A stretch of 64,000 nucleotides of DNA from a virus. The notes beneath the pieces were generated by a model, which did no database searches, had not been told where the DNA came from, and saw only the letters and a program-made list of their open reading frames with translations. The DNA lies in the IMG/VR virus record IMGVR_UViG_3300023199_000127, positions 1 through 64,000 of that record, one strand, 5' to 3'. This document shows positions 1-7,550 of this stretch, piece by piece. Each line of letters begins with the position of its first letter. Position 1 is the stretch's first letter. A program made the translations under genes and the position numbers.

Positions 1-72
1 TATCCCACACCGGTGAGCACAGATGGAGTGTGGCCCCAAGCAGGACAAGGGGCAGGTAACGGACGTGCTTCA

Positions 73-73
<1 letters not shown>
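1..73 (-). CDS. Hypothetical protein, 5' part only (MKHVRYLPLVLLGATLHLCSPVWD..., runs off the window)
   Basis: ATG at 73-71 with AGGAG (86-82) 8 nt upstream; frame open to the window edge; hydrophobic N-terminus. Confidence 0.55.
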
Positions 74-156
<83 letters not shown>

Positions 157-164
157 GTGTGTGA

Positions 165-491
165 CTACGAGGCCGGGTAGTTGGCCCTCAGGAAGGTGAG
201 CAGTTCGTTGCCGGCACGGATGGTGAGCTGAGCATCGGCACGCAGCTCACGGACCGTGGTGTTCGTCGGACGAGGCAGACCCTGGTCCTCCCGCTTGACC
301 AGCTCCCTGTTGAGCTCCTCGAGGCCCTCGTGGAGAAGGTTAATGTCGTCCTCCATGCTCATGTCGTAGGCCAGCCGCACGTCTTCGCACGTGTCGGACC
401 ACGACTTCTCCTCCAGGCGCCGTTCCACAGTCTCGATATCGAAACTGAGGCTATGGATGAGGATGAAGAGGTTGCTGATGAGAGTGAACAT
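165..491 (-). CDS. Hypothetical protein, 108 aa (N-terminal hydrophobic segment, helical)
   Basis: ORF with AGGAG 7 nt upstream of the ATG. Confidence 0.8.
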   Translation of the reverse strand: MFTLISNLFILIHSLSFDIETVERRLEEKSWSDTCEDVRLAYDMSMEDDINLLHEGLEELNRELVKREDQGLPRPTNTTVRELRADAQLTIRAGNELLTFLRANYPAS

Positions 492-533
492 TGTAGATCT
501 CCTGAAATAGGACGTGTGTGCCCCTACTTAACG

Positions 534-564
534 GGGAGGGGCTTACCCGTTGTGCACTACGAGG
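534..564 (-). repeat. Intergenic repeat element, copy 2
   Basis: gggaggggcttacccgttgtgcactacgagg matches 139-172. Confidence 0.7.
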
Positions 565-913
565 TGTAGTGCACGTGGTTGTGGTGGTGGATGAAGGAGT
601 AGAGGTAGGGGTTGTTGATGAGGCACAGTGCAGCAAAGCGTGCCACCTCCTCATCCCTGGGGTTGATGGTGGTGGAGTGGAGGAGGACATCCTCCTCATG
701 GTAGGTGAGGGACATGGTGCCCCGCTGCCTACCCACGGTGTGCAGGGTGAAGGTGTAGTAGACGCCCCTATCAAGCGTCCACCTGTAGGTGGGGTCACCA
801 CCCTCAGGGGTGGGGACATGTGCACCACCACGAGAGTGTGTATGCCCACAGATGAGGGGCATGAGGATGTAAGTGAGGACGTGGTAGTAGTCCTCAAGAG
901 TAGCAACAGGCAT
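557..913 (-). CDS. Hypothetical protein, 118 aa (MPVATLEDYY..., His-rich C-terminus)
   Basis: Start moved from the ORF-track position 1018 to ATG 913-911, which has AAGGAG 5 nt upstream. Confidence 0.7.
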   Translation of the reverse strand: MPVATLEDYYHVLTYILMPLICGHTHSRGGAHVPTPEGGDPTYRWTLDRGVYYTFTLHTVGRQRGTMSLTYHEEDVLLHSTTINPRDEEVARFAALCLINNPYLYSFIHHHNHVHYTS

Positions 914-971
914 TAGTACTCCTTGTACTAGGGGTGAGAGAAGAGGGTAAGAGAACGTTATGTGTACAGCT

Positions 972-1046
972 CTATGTAGGGGAGCTGGCATACCCTTGTG
1001 CATGTGAGCATGGTACACATGCAGGAGGAGAGCGATTGTGGTACAT
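972..1046 (-). CDS. Small hypothetical peptide, 24 aa (MYHNRSPPACVPCSHAQGYASSPT)
   Basis: AAGGAGG overlapping the upstream stop codon precedes ATG 1046-1044. Confidence 0.35.
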   Translation of the reverse strand: MYHNRSPPACVPCSHAQGYASSPT

Positions 1047-1060
1047 GCTGATGTGCCTCC

Positions 1061-1162
1061 TTAGCTGACGAGAGCGTAGGCCGAGTTGAGGACGAAGTAG
1101 GCGAAGATGCCCAGACCGATGATGAGCGAGTTCCTGAGAATGAAGTTGATGACGTTGATCAT
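1061..1162 (-). CDS. Small single-TM membrane peptide, 33 aa (MINVINFILRNSLIIGLGIFAYFVLNSAYALVS)
   Basis: AGGAG 6 nt upstream of ATG 1162-1160; hydrophobic sequence. Confidence 0.6.
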   Translation of the reverse strand: MINVINFILRNSLIIGLGIFAYFVLNSAYALVS

Positions 1163-1352
1163 GACTGTCTCCTGAGCCAAAGAAATAAATGAAGACCCCG
1201 GGGGCTCGAAACCAAAAGCCTTCACAATACAGACAACAAACAATAGGTACCCGCCAGATTTTTTTGTTATGTCGTGCCCCTATAGGGCATTTTTTGTAAC
1301 CGACCCGGATTAATGCCCTGTGGCACTCCACCAGGGATTCACTCCTACAGTC

Positions 1353-1380
1353 CTGACCTCAGAATGAGGTCTGGTATACT
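1353..1380 (+). promoter_or_regulatory. Putative sigma70-type promoter with extended -10 and an overlapping inverted repeat
   Basis: CTGACC-16 nt-TATACT with TG at 1372-1373; GACCTCA-gaa-TGAGGTC at 1355-1371; lies upstream of the first plus-strand gene. Confidence 0.55.
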
Positions 1381-1413
1381 GCTGACAGAGCAACGAGTAC
1401 CAACCAAGGAGAC

Positions 1414-1617
1414 ATGCACATGCCGCTGAGCCTGATAAGCCTCATCCTGATCGCCACAGCACTTCTCCTCTTCGTCTCCGCATCACACAAACGTCAGATG
1501 AGTGCGCAGCGCTACACGATCATCTACAGCGGGGACTTCGACTCCTCCAAGCCGATCACAAAGCGCCAAGTCCTCGATGCTCTCTCGAAGACTGCTTCCT
1601 CGCAGCGCGCAGCGTAG
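1414..1617 (+). CDS. Hypothetical membrane-anchored protein, 67 aa
   Basis: AAGGAG upstream; N-terminal hydrophobic helix. Confidence 0.7.
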   Translation: MHMPLSLISLILIATALLLFVSASHKRQMSAQRYTIIYSGDFDSSKPITKRQVLDALSKTASSQRAA

Positions 1618-1668
1618 GCTGTAACCCAGGACGGGGCCTGCACAACTTTTTCCCTCCCGGAGCACATC

Positions 1669-2052
1669 ATGACGCCCGAGAACCATTCTGCCCTCACCCA
1701 GGTCGTAGGCCTGTTGAACGAGCTCACTGAGCTGGACCAGACTGCCATGACCGAACTGTTCCTGCAGGAGACCCATCTGAAGAACTATGGACTCGTGGGG
1801 CACCGCCTCGTAGAGGTGGGGACCCTTCCTGCCCCCGTGCCCTCCAAGAAGAGAAGCTTCCGCCGGCGCCACATCCTCAGGCCTCTCTCGATCGTGAATG
1901 CCATCCTGAGGACTGTGGTGCCTGGGTCCTACCGGATCATGATGAAGGTCTGTCTCAAGACCGAGGCTGTAGAGGGATTCGAGCTCATGACCGAGTCTCA
2001 GGCTGGTCAGTACAGTCAGATGCAGCAGGAGCTCTATGGAGCGTGCGCGTAG
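1669..2052 (+). CDS. Hypothetical protein, 127 aa
   Basis: ORF with GGAG upstream and phage-like codon usage. Confidence 0.75.
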   Translation: MTPENHSALTQVVGLLNELTELDQTAMTELFLQETHLKNYGLVGHRLVEVGTLPAPVPSKKRSFRRRHILRPLSIVNAILRTVVPGSYRIMMKVCLKTEAVEGFELMTESQAGQYSQMQQELYGACA

Positions 2053-2189
2053 TGGCCCAGGAGAAGAAAACTCCCTTTCTACCCTGGCTGGGGAGCCTTC
2101 TGGTCAAGATCGTCTTGTGGGGCCTCCTGGGCGCTCTAGCAGGGTTGCTGAAAATCGTGATCCAGACTGTCCTTAGCAGGATGTCTTAG
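2052..2189 (+). CDS. Small membrane protein, 45 aa (MAQEKKTPFLPWLGSLLVKIVLWGLLGALAGLLKIVIQTVLSRMS)
   Basis: GTG start overlaps the upstream TAG; long hydrophobic segment; below the ORF-track length cutoff. Confidence 0.6.
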   Translation: MAQEKKTPFLPWLGSLLVKIVLWGLLGALAGLLKIVIQTVLSRMS

Positions 2190-2193
2190 CAGG

Positions 2194-2221
2194 TTGTACT
2201 CAAGGGATAGTGTGCTATGCT
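2194..2221 (+). promoter_or_regulatory. Putative sigma70-type promoter with extended -10
   Basis: TTGTAC-16 nt-TATGCT with TG at 2213-2214, directly after a stop codon. Confidence 0.5.
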
Positions 2222-2230
2222 CTGCTGATC

Positions 2231-2383
2231 ATGGCGGAATGCGTAGCAGTGATCGGAACGGATCACACTCATGCTCATGTAGGGCAGATTCTGTGGGCTC
2301 GGACGCTCGCAATATTCTCTGGTCATCAAGCCCCACCTGGTGGGAACAGATCAGAACTATTCCAGATTTACACTGGTCCATGA
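2231..2383 (+). CDS. Possible 50-aa hypothetical protein with a very short leader
   Basis: ATG 9 nt after the -10 box; no SD; coding frame in 2194-2710 is ambiguous. Confidence 0.25.
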   Translation: MAECVAVIGTDHTHAHVGQILWARTLAIFSGHQAPPGGNRSELFQIYTGP

Positions 2384-2737
2384 TGCGCGCAGGCAGCCAT
2401 ATAGAACTCATGTGCGAACGTTTCCCACACATGGTCTGGCTCCTCTCAGCTGTATATCTGCACGGTACAGGGACAACCTCGCGCCCTTACTACCAGTGCC
2501 GCGCCATACATTCAACTCCCAGTGCCTGATACTGAAAGACCACCATGGCCCGTCGCCTTGCCACCCTCGATCCCCTCTTCGGCTTTCGTTCGATAGATGA
2601 AGAGATACCGCATAGGCTCATTCTGTAGGATCCATTTGCGCCATTTCTATATGAGCTCCTACTGTATGTGGGTGAGCTGGCACTGGTTTCGAAACAGACT
2701 CTCTCTTGAAGATGATGACGATCCGATAGTAGTGGGT

Positions 2738-2764
2738 GATCCGCCCGCTCAGGGCGGATCTTCC
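2738..2764 (+). terminator. Stem-loop, possible weak intrinsic terminator
   Basis: GATCCGCCC-gctca-GGGCGGATC perfect 9-bp stem; only a short T tract follows. Confidence 0.45.
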
Positions 2765-2893
2765 CTAAGGTGGTTGAATTCTGGATGGATACACGCGCTG
2801 AGGTACAAATCACATTAATCCAAGACGGGAAAAATGTTGTGGGGGTGGGACCCATTTGGTGTTTTGGGCGCGGGTCGCGTGTAGGATGGGGGC

Positions 2894-3100
2894 ATGGCGG
2901 AACGTGTGATGGATGTGAATCCCTATGACCTGAATCGCTCTGACGCGATTCAGGCAATGGCCCGTGCTCTTGATGATCAGGACCTGATCGATCATCACTG
3001 GAGCAAAGACAGGATGCTGGTGGGAAAGCTGACGTTGTCGGCATGGATCTTCTTTCTACACTCGCAATCCTGGAAGAAGACGCGGGAGCGTCATGAGTAG
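2894..3100 (+). CDS. Hypothetical protein, 68 aa
   Basis: ORF with AGGA upstream, tightly packed with the next gene. Confidence 0.65.
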   Translation: MAERVMDVNPYDLNRSDAIQAMARALDDQDLIDHHWSKDRMLVGKLTLSAWIFFLHSQSWKKTRERHE

Positions 3101-3105
3101 TAGGT

Positions 3106-3303
3106 ATGGCCCGGCGTGTTGAATCCCCCGAAAGAGATGAGCAGCGTCTCATTGCCGCAATTGCCCAAGCAATGCAAGCCCAAGGCATGAACAAGCTCAA
3201 CGGTCATTCACGAACCATGTCGCCGGCTACACTCTGGAAGAAGGCGTCTGAGTTCAAGGATCTGATGTTGGCTGCGTTCTTCAATCAGATGAGTGGAGAG
3301 TGA
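3106..3303 (+). CDS. Hypothetical protein, 65 aa
   Basis: ORF between neighbours, with GTGA overlap to the next gene. Confidence 0.65.
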   Translation: MARRVESPERDEQRLIAAIAQAMQAQGMNKLNGHSRTMSPATLWKKASEFKDLMLAAFFNQMSGE

Positions 3304-3503
3304 TGGCATTCCAGTATGAACCTTTTACAGCAAGCGGATCGCACACCTTTGATGGTAACAATTTCGAAGAGGACCATTTCATTGTGCCCGAAACGGTGAT
3401 TCAAGATGACTATCTATGGTGTGCCAGGTACACGCGGGACATGGATCCTTCGTTTAACTGCTGGAAGATGGATAGATGTACTCGATATCTCTTGCATGGA
3501 TGA
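3300..3503 (+). CDS. Hypothetical protein, 67 aa
   Basis: ORF overlapping the upstream stop; GGAG upstream. Confidence 0.6.
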   Translation: MMAFQYEPFTASGSHTFDGNNFEEDHFIVPETVIQDDYLWCARYTRDMDPSFNCWKMDRCTRYLLHG

Positions 3504-3522
3504 GGTAGTCTGAGCTCGGGGC

Positions 3523-3954
3523 TTGCCAGACACTCCTCACGACTCCCGCTTTCTCCCGCTTCACCTGCGCTCTCACTGGCAGCCCCCTTCTTCACATTGC
3601 TGGTATCATGGTGGTGTGAGGACCCAACGAAAGACCGCAGCCCCGAGGGCAGAGTCTGCGTCGAGCAGGCACCGCCATTCAAGAGGATTCGCTACCTCCT
3701 TGTCCCTCGGGGCACTTTTGCTCCTTATGGTGGGGTGTTCGGGATCCCGGCCATGGGTGGCCGGGGCCCCGAATCCGTACGGAATCGATGACTACACCAA
3801 GACTCCTCCCAAAGGAGGGACACTTGGAGTAGAATGGGAAGGCAGAGAGCGAACGTACCGTATGGGAGTCAGCAGCTGGTTCCGCCTGGATAATCACGGC
3901 GGGCTGCCCGACGACTGGGGTGCAGTCGGTTTCCGCTTCGAAATGGACTTTTAA
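3523..3954 (+). CDS. Putative lipoprotein (true start probably near TTG 3700)
   Basis: Hydrophobic stretch and lipobox-like LLLLMVG-C (Cys codon 3736-3738); C-terminus ends GFRFEMDF; 5' part of the ORF looks non-coding. Confidence 0.5.
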   Translation: MPDTPHDSRFLPLHLRSHWQPPSSHCWYHGGVRTQRKTAAPRAESASSRHRHSRGFATSLSLGALLLLMVGCSGSRPWVAGAPNPYGIDDYTKTPPKGGTLGVEWEGRERTYRMGVSSWFRLDNHGGLPDDWGAVGFRFEMDF

Positions 3955-3968
3955 CACGAGGAATCACC

Positions 3969-4514
3969 ATGAAGTTTCTACTCCGTTCAGAGTTCTTGAC
4001 GGCACTGGCTGCTTGGCTTGTGGCTGCCGCTACGCATCTTGGCTGGGACCTGCCGCCCGAGCTGATCTATGGTGGCGCCACCGTGATCTCGATTGCAGCC
4101 GGCGGTGTTGCTGTTCGTCGCAACAAGAATAACGGCAATGGCGCAGCAGCTCTCATGCTCCTGGTAACCCTCGGTCTGGCCCTCCCTGCCTGCTCTACGG
4201 TGCAGGCCGGTATTGCTGCTGGCCAGCAGGTGCTCTCCCGCTACATTGTGGTGGTGAAGGGTGAGTTCAACGGCAAGATCGTGTTCAATGCGCAGCACGT
4301 GGTCGTGGACGGTTCTGGAGATGGCCTGGTTTACCTGAAGGATGCCAAGACTGGTATCGTGGTGTTCAGCTACCCTGTCCAGGGTGAAGTGTGTCGCGCG
4401 TGGGCCATTGTCCCGGTGGATTCGAATCCCCCGATCGCGTTCCGTGACGCTGACGTTGATGCGACTCTCAAGAAGCTCAACGAAGCTCCTGATGCCGAAG
4501 TGGTGGAGCAGTAA
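3969..4514 (+). CDS. Membrane protein, 181 aa: holin-like two-TM N-terminus followed by an internal lipoprotein-type signal (LALPA-C)
   Basis: GAGG RBS; three hydrophobic segments; RRNK precedes the third, which ends in Cys. Confidence 0.8.
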   Translation: MKFLLRSEFLTALAAWLVAAATHLGWDLPPELIYGGATVISIAAGGVAVRRNKNNGNGAAALMLLVTLGLALPACSTVQAGIAAGQQVLSRYIVVVKGEFNGKIVFNAQHVVVDGSGDGLVYLKDAKTGIVVFSYPVQGEVCRAWAIVPVDSNPPIAFRDADVDATLKKLNEAPDAEVVEQ

Positions 4515-4873
4515 TGCTGCGCGGACTTCTTTTTGGGCTGGCGCTCCTGACAGGGTGCGCCAGCTCCTACGTCTCTGTAATCACGTGGGAATCCACTGAA
4601 CAGGATCGTGTTAGTCTTGCTGCGGCCACCGATGGCGCCAACTGGTACTTCTACGGAAATGGCATCATCCGCTACAAGCGCATTAGCAAGGAAACGCTAG
4701 AGACTGTCATCAACAAGGACTTCCAGGTGGAAGCCGCCGGCGGGTTCCGCCTCTCTGTTGGTATCTCAGGCGATGTCCATCTCACCAAGATCTCCAAGGC
4801 TGAGGCCAAACAGATGCTGAAGCTTTATCGCGTCATCCGCGGTGACGAGATTGAGATCGTAGAGCATCAGTAG
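4514..4873 (+). CDS. Putative lipoprotein, 119 aa
   Basis: MLRGLLFGLALLTG-C is a typical signal peptide II; TAATG overlap. Confidence 0.85.
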   Translation: MLRGLLFGLALLTGCASSYVSVITWESTEQDRVSLAAATDGANWYFYGNGIIRYKRISKETLETVINKDFQVEAAGGFRLSVGISGDVHLTKISKAEAKQMLKLYRVIRGDEIEIVEHQ

Positions 4874-5481
4874 TGCGCAGTCTTCTGCCGTGTGTCCTTT
4901 TCCTAGCTGCCTGCTCAACAACCAGGCACAAGGTCGAGGCCATCCTTGATAACACCAATCGTGCGCTAGTCAGCACTGAGCGCATGACTAATGAGGTGCG
5001 TGGCACCGTCAAGGAGCTAAAGGAGGAGACAGTCCCTGCACTGACTGAGACGATCAAGGAGGCCGAGCTGGCCATCCAAAACCTTGATCGCAACCTCCGA
5101 CTCATCCTTTCGGAACTACGACCGTTGGTATTGGAGGTCAGGGCTATGGTAGCTACTCTGCTATCCAAGCTCAATACTTCAGCCGACAAGCTGAATCTGC
5201 TTCTGGACGAGTTCCGGAAGACATCTGCACAAGCATCCGAAATCACCAGGAACGTAAACAACAGAAACCGTCAGATCGATATGCTCGTATATGGAGCTGC
5301 CGGGATTGGCTTGCTCGTGATTATCTTGCTGATTGTGATCATTCATCATAAGATCACTTCCAAGACTCGTCACAAGCGCGAGTTCGAGCACATCGTAAAG
5401 AATGGTGGCCGGCACGAGGTTGAGCGGCTCGTGCGGGAAACGCTAGAGAAGAGTGGTGATGGAAGATCAGTACCTAGATGA
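4873..5481 (+). CDS. Lipoprotein with coiled coil and C-terminal TM helix, 202 aa (unimolecular-spanin-like architecture)
   Basis: MRSLLPCVLFLAA-C lipobox; heptad-rich central region; TM segment LVYGAAGIGLLVIILLIVII followed by a basic tail. Confidence 0.8.
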   Translation: MRSLLPCVLFLAACSTTRHKVEAILDNTNRALVSTERMTNEVRGTVKELKEETVPALTETIKEAELAIQNLDRNLRLILSELRPLVLEVRAMVATLLSKLNTSADKLNLLLDEFRKTSAQASEITRNVNNRNRQIDMLVYGAAGIGLLVIILLIVIIHHKITSKTRHKREFEHIVKNGGRHEVERLVRETLEKSGDGRSVPR

Positions 5482-6205
5482 GGTTAGCAAGTACCCGCTC
5501 CTAACCAGTAAGGAGGAGCGAGAGCTTGCGCGCATGATGAAGCGCAAGAATAGTCGCTCCCCGCGAATACGTGCTCTGGCAGAGGAAGCTCGCCAGAAGA
5601 TGATTACATCTAACCTTAGACTTGTGATTTATTGCGTCAACAAGGTCAAAGTCCCTGAGCGTCATCGGTGTGAGCTCATCCAGGAAGGCAACATGGGCTT
5701 GATGATTGCTGTTGAGAGGTTTGATCCAGAACATGGCACCAAGTTCAGTACCTATGCCATTTGGTGGATCAAGCAGCGCATCCGGAAAGCCATGCCGACC
5801 CTCAACGAGGTCGGAAGGCTACCCCAGCACATCTGGGACAAGTTCTGGCGCAATCAACGTACTGGTGAAGCAACGGCCAAAGCCGAGGACCTTAAGAAGG
5901 CAGAGAGCTTCCTTACTGGGATCTTGGAGGTGGACGAGTCATCCTGCAAGGTGCAGTCAGACACATTCGACGAGGTCGCCCAGCAAGACCTGATTCGGCA
6001 TATCCTGGAAATCGTTGATTGCCTGTACTGCGATCGCACTCGAGAGATCATCCTAATGCGCTTCGGAGTGGATGTCGAAGCTCCTATGACTCTCGAGCAG
6101 ATCGGTCAGAGGCTAGGAATCACGAAGGAACGTGTCCGACAGATCGAGGCAGAGGGCCTGGAAGAAATTCGAACTGCACTAGAGTCTGACCTGTTCGAAG
6201 GGTAG
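5453..6205 (+). CDS. Phage-encoded RpoD-like sigma70-family sigma factor
   Basis: Region 1.2 YLDEVSKYPLLT; region 2 SNLRLV, ELIQEGNMGLMIAVERFDP, KFSTYAIWWIKQ; region 4 TLEQIGQRLGITKERVRQIE. Confidence 0.95.
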   Translation: MVMEDQYLDEVSKYPLLTSKEERELARMMKRKNSRSPRIRALAEEARQKMITSNLRLVIYCVNKVKVPERHRCELIQEGNMGLMIAVERFDPEHGTKFSTYAIWWIKQRIRKAMPTLNEVGRLPQHIWDKFWRNQRTGEATAKAEDLKKAESFLTGILEVDESSCKVQSDTFDEVAQQDLIRHILEIVDCLYCDRTREIILMRFGVDVEAPMTLEQIGQRLGITKERVRQIEAEGLEEIRTALESDLFEG

Positions 6206-6278
6206 ACTGGCTGATGGCTTCGCCTCTGCGGGAAAAAGCCCTCCTTTCGGCGGTCCAGCCGGCAGTGGATCGCCCCAC

Positions 6279-6310
6279 GACCCTCCCCGTTCTGGGGAGG
6301 GTCTCTTTTT
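6279..6310 (+). terminator. Intrinsic terminator downstream of the sigma gene
   Basis: GACCCTCCCC-gttct-GGGGAGGGTC perfect 10-bp stem followed by TCTTTTT. Confidence 0.85.
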
Positions 6311-6554
6311 GGCATCACTCCCAGTGTGCAAATTCTGCACACATGAGGTACTCTATTGGCGGATGGACCATCGCCATAGCAAGACCTCTATCACGACCTG
6401 CTCGGCATGTCGACACTTTCGCCCGACGGGAGACGGGAGGGGTCTGTGTGTAGCCTTTGTGAAGGCCGTGAGCGAAAACGAAGCGAAGTGCTCGGGCAGA
6501 TTCGAGCCCAAGGGCTCGAAGCGGTCCTCGAAACTGTTCGCCCGACAGGGGTAG
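6309..6554 (+). CDS. Possible small Cys-rich (Zn-binding) protein; start and frame uncertain
   Basis: CKFC, CSAC and further Cys residues; competes with overlapping frame 6407-6724 (CSLC); the TTG start lies in the terminator T tract. Confidence 0.35.
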   Translation: MASLPVCKFCTHEVLYWRMDHRHSKTSITTCSACRHFRPTGDGRGLCVAFVKAVSENEAKCSGRFEPKGSKRSSKLFARQG

Positions 6555-6614
6555 CTCCAGCTGCCTTTGAGCTCTGGGACTGGTACTGTAGAAAGTTCGG
6601 TCCTAAATGCCGCA

Positions 6615-6642
6615 TTGGAAGACGAGCTGCAGATGCTATCCT
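6615..6642 (+). promoter_or_regulatory. Putative extended -10 promoter for the packaging/structural operon
   Basis: TTGGAA-16 nt-TATCCT with TG at 6634-6635; AGGTGATC SD at 6648-6655 follows. Confidence 0.45.
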
Positions 6643-6656
6643 TAGGAAGGTGATCT

Positions 6657-7547
6657 ATGGCAATGGACCCGAATCAGAAAAAGCCCGCCTCGCCCTTCGG
6701 CAGTCGGGTAGCACAGCGCAATGAGAACTCCGATCCGATCGCAGACGAAGCTCCGCGACAGGACCCGGATCCTGTAGAGGTTTCCAAGGAGGAGGCACAG
6801 GAGCACGCCCTCGCTATCAAGAAGGAGTTCTCCATAGAGGTTCTGGAGGAGCCTAAGCCGGGCCCCAAGATCGCTGACTACCTGTCCAAAGCAACTATGG
6901 ATCAGCTCAGTCATGAGCAGATCAAGGCCATGAACACCAATGTTGGTGGCACCAACAACTGGGCTGAACCGGTCATGGTATGTCGTGACCATCTTTGCCC
7001 CTACCAGGACAAGTGTCCGTTGTTCAAGGCGAAGGTGCCTCGCCCGATTGGGCATGACTGCCCAGTCGAGCTCACCATGATCAGATACCTTAAGCTCAAT
7101 CTGATGAACAACCTGCCGCCTGAAGACCGCGGTGACCCGTTCATTGAACTGCAGATTGACAGCTTGGTCGTGTCTATCCTCGCCCAGTCTCGTGCTCGTA
7201 CCAAGTGGGCTATCGACGCCGGCGACATCGAGCAGGATGATGTGAAGGGTGTGGATCAGAAGGGTAATCAGATCGTGGGTAAGGTGCTGCATCGTGCACT
7301 ACACATCATGAAGGACTTCTCCAAACAAGAGAAGGAGCTCATGGCCAAGCTGCTTGCCACGCCCCAGGATCGTGCCAAGGTCGATCGTGAAGGTCTGCAT
7401 GACCGCTCCAAGCGGGCTGCAGAGCTTGGCGATCGTATTGCAGCCAAGATCGCTGAGAAGAAAAAGAAGATGCGTACCGGTGAGGTGTATATCATCGAGC
7501 GCACCGAGATTCAGGACGCGGAGTACAAAGTCCAGGACGAGGAGTAG
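6657..7547 (+). CDS. Putative terminase small subunit-like protein with a Cys cluster (start may be ATG 6663)
   Basis: First gene of the packaging block; CRDHLCPYQDKCP...CPVE cluster; helical C-terminus LLATPQDRAK; function inferred mainly from position. Confidence 0.55.
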   Translation: MAMDPNQKKPASPFGSRVAQRNENSDPIADEAPRQDPDPVEVSKEEAQEHALAIKKEFSIEVLEEPKPGPKIADYLSKATMDQLSHEQIKAMNTNVGGTNNWAEPVMVCRDHLCPYQDKCPLFKAKVPRPIGHDCPVELTMIRYLKLNLMNNLPPEDRGDPFIELQIDSLVVSILAQSRARTKWAIDAGDIEQDDVKGVDQKGNQIVGKVLHRALHIMKDFSKQEKELMAKLLATPQDRAKVDREGLHDRSKRAAELGDRIAAKIAEKKKKMRTGEVYIIERTEIQDAEYKVQDEE

Positions 7548-7550
7548 TCC

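Noticed and set aside
914-1018. ORF-track 5' extensions of the 557-1018, 972-1331 and 1061-1243 ORFs
   Set aside because: Internal ATGs at 913, 1046 and 1162 have clear SD sequences and remove the overlaps
2172-2193. Short tandem duplication CTTAGCAGG at the end of the small membrane gene
   Set aside because: Only 9 bp and two copies; no associated mobile element or target-site context
2545-2709. Two in-frame short ORFs separated by a single TAG, suggesting stop-codon readthrough or recoding
   Set aside because: Many well-supported genes end in TAG followed directly by the next start, and long genes are intact under the standard code, so there is no sign of TAG reassignment
6407-6724. Alternative 105-aa ORF with CSLC
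   Set aside because: Overlaps both the 6309-6554 frame and the first 68 nt of the next gene; cannot be distinguished without homologues, so not called
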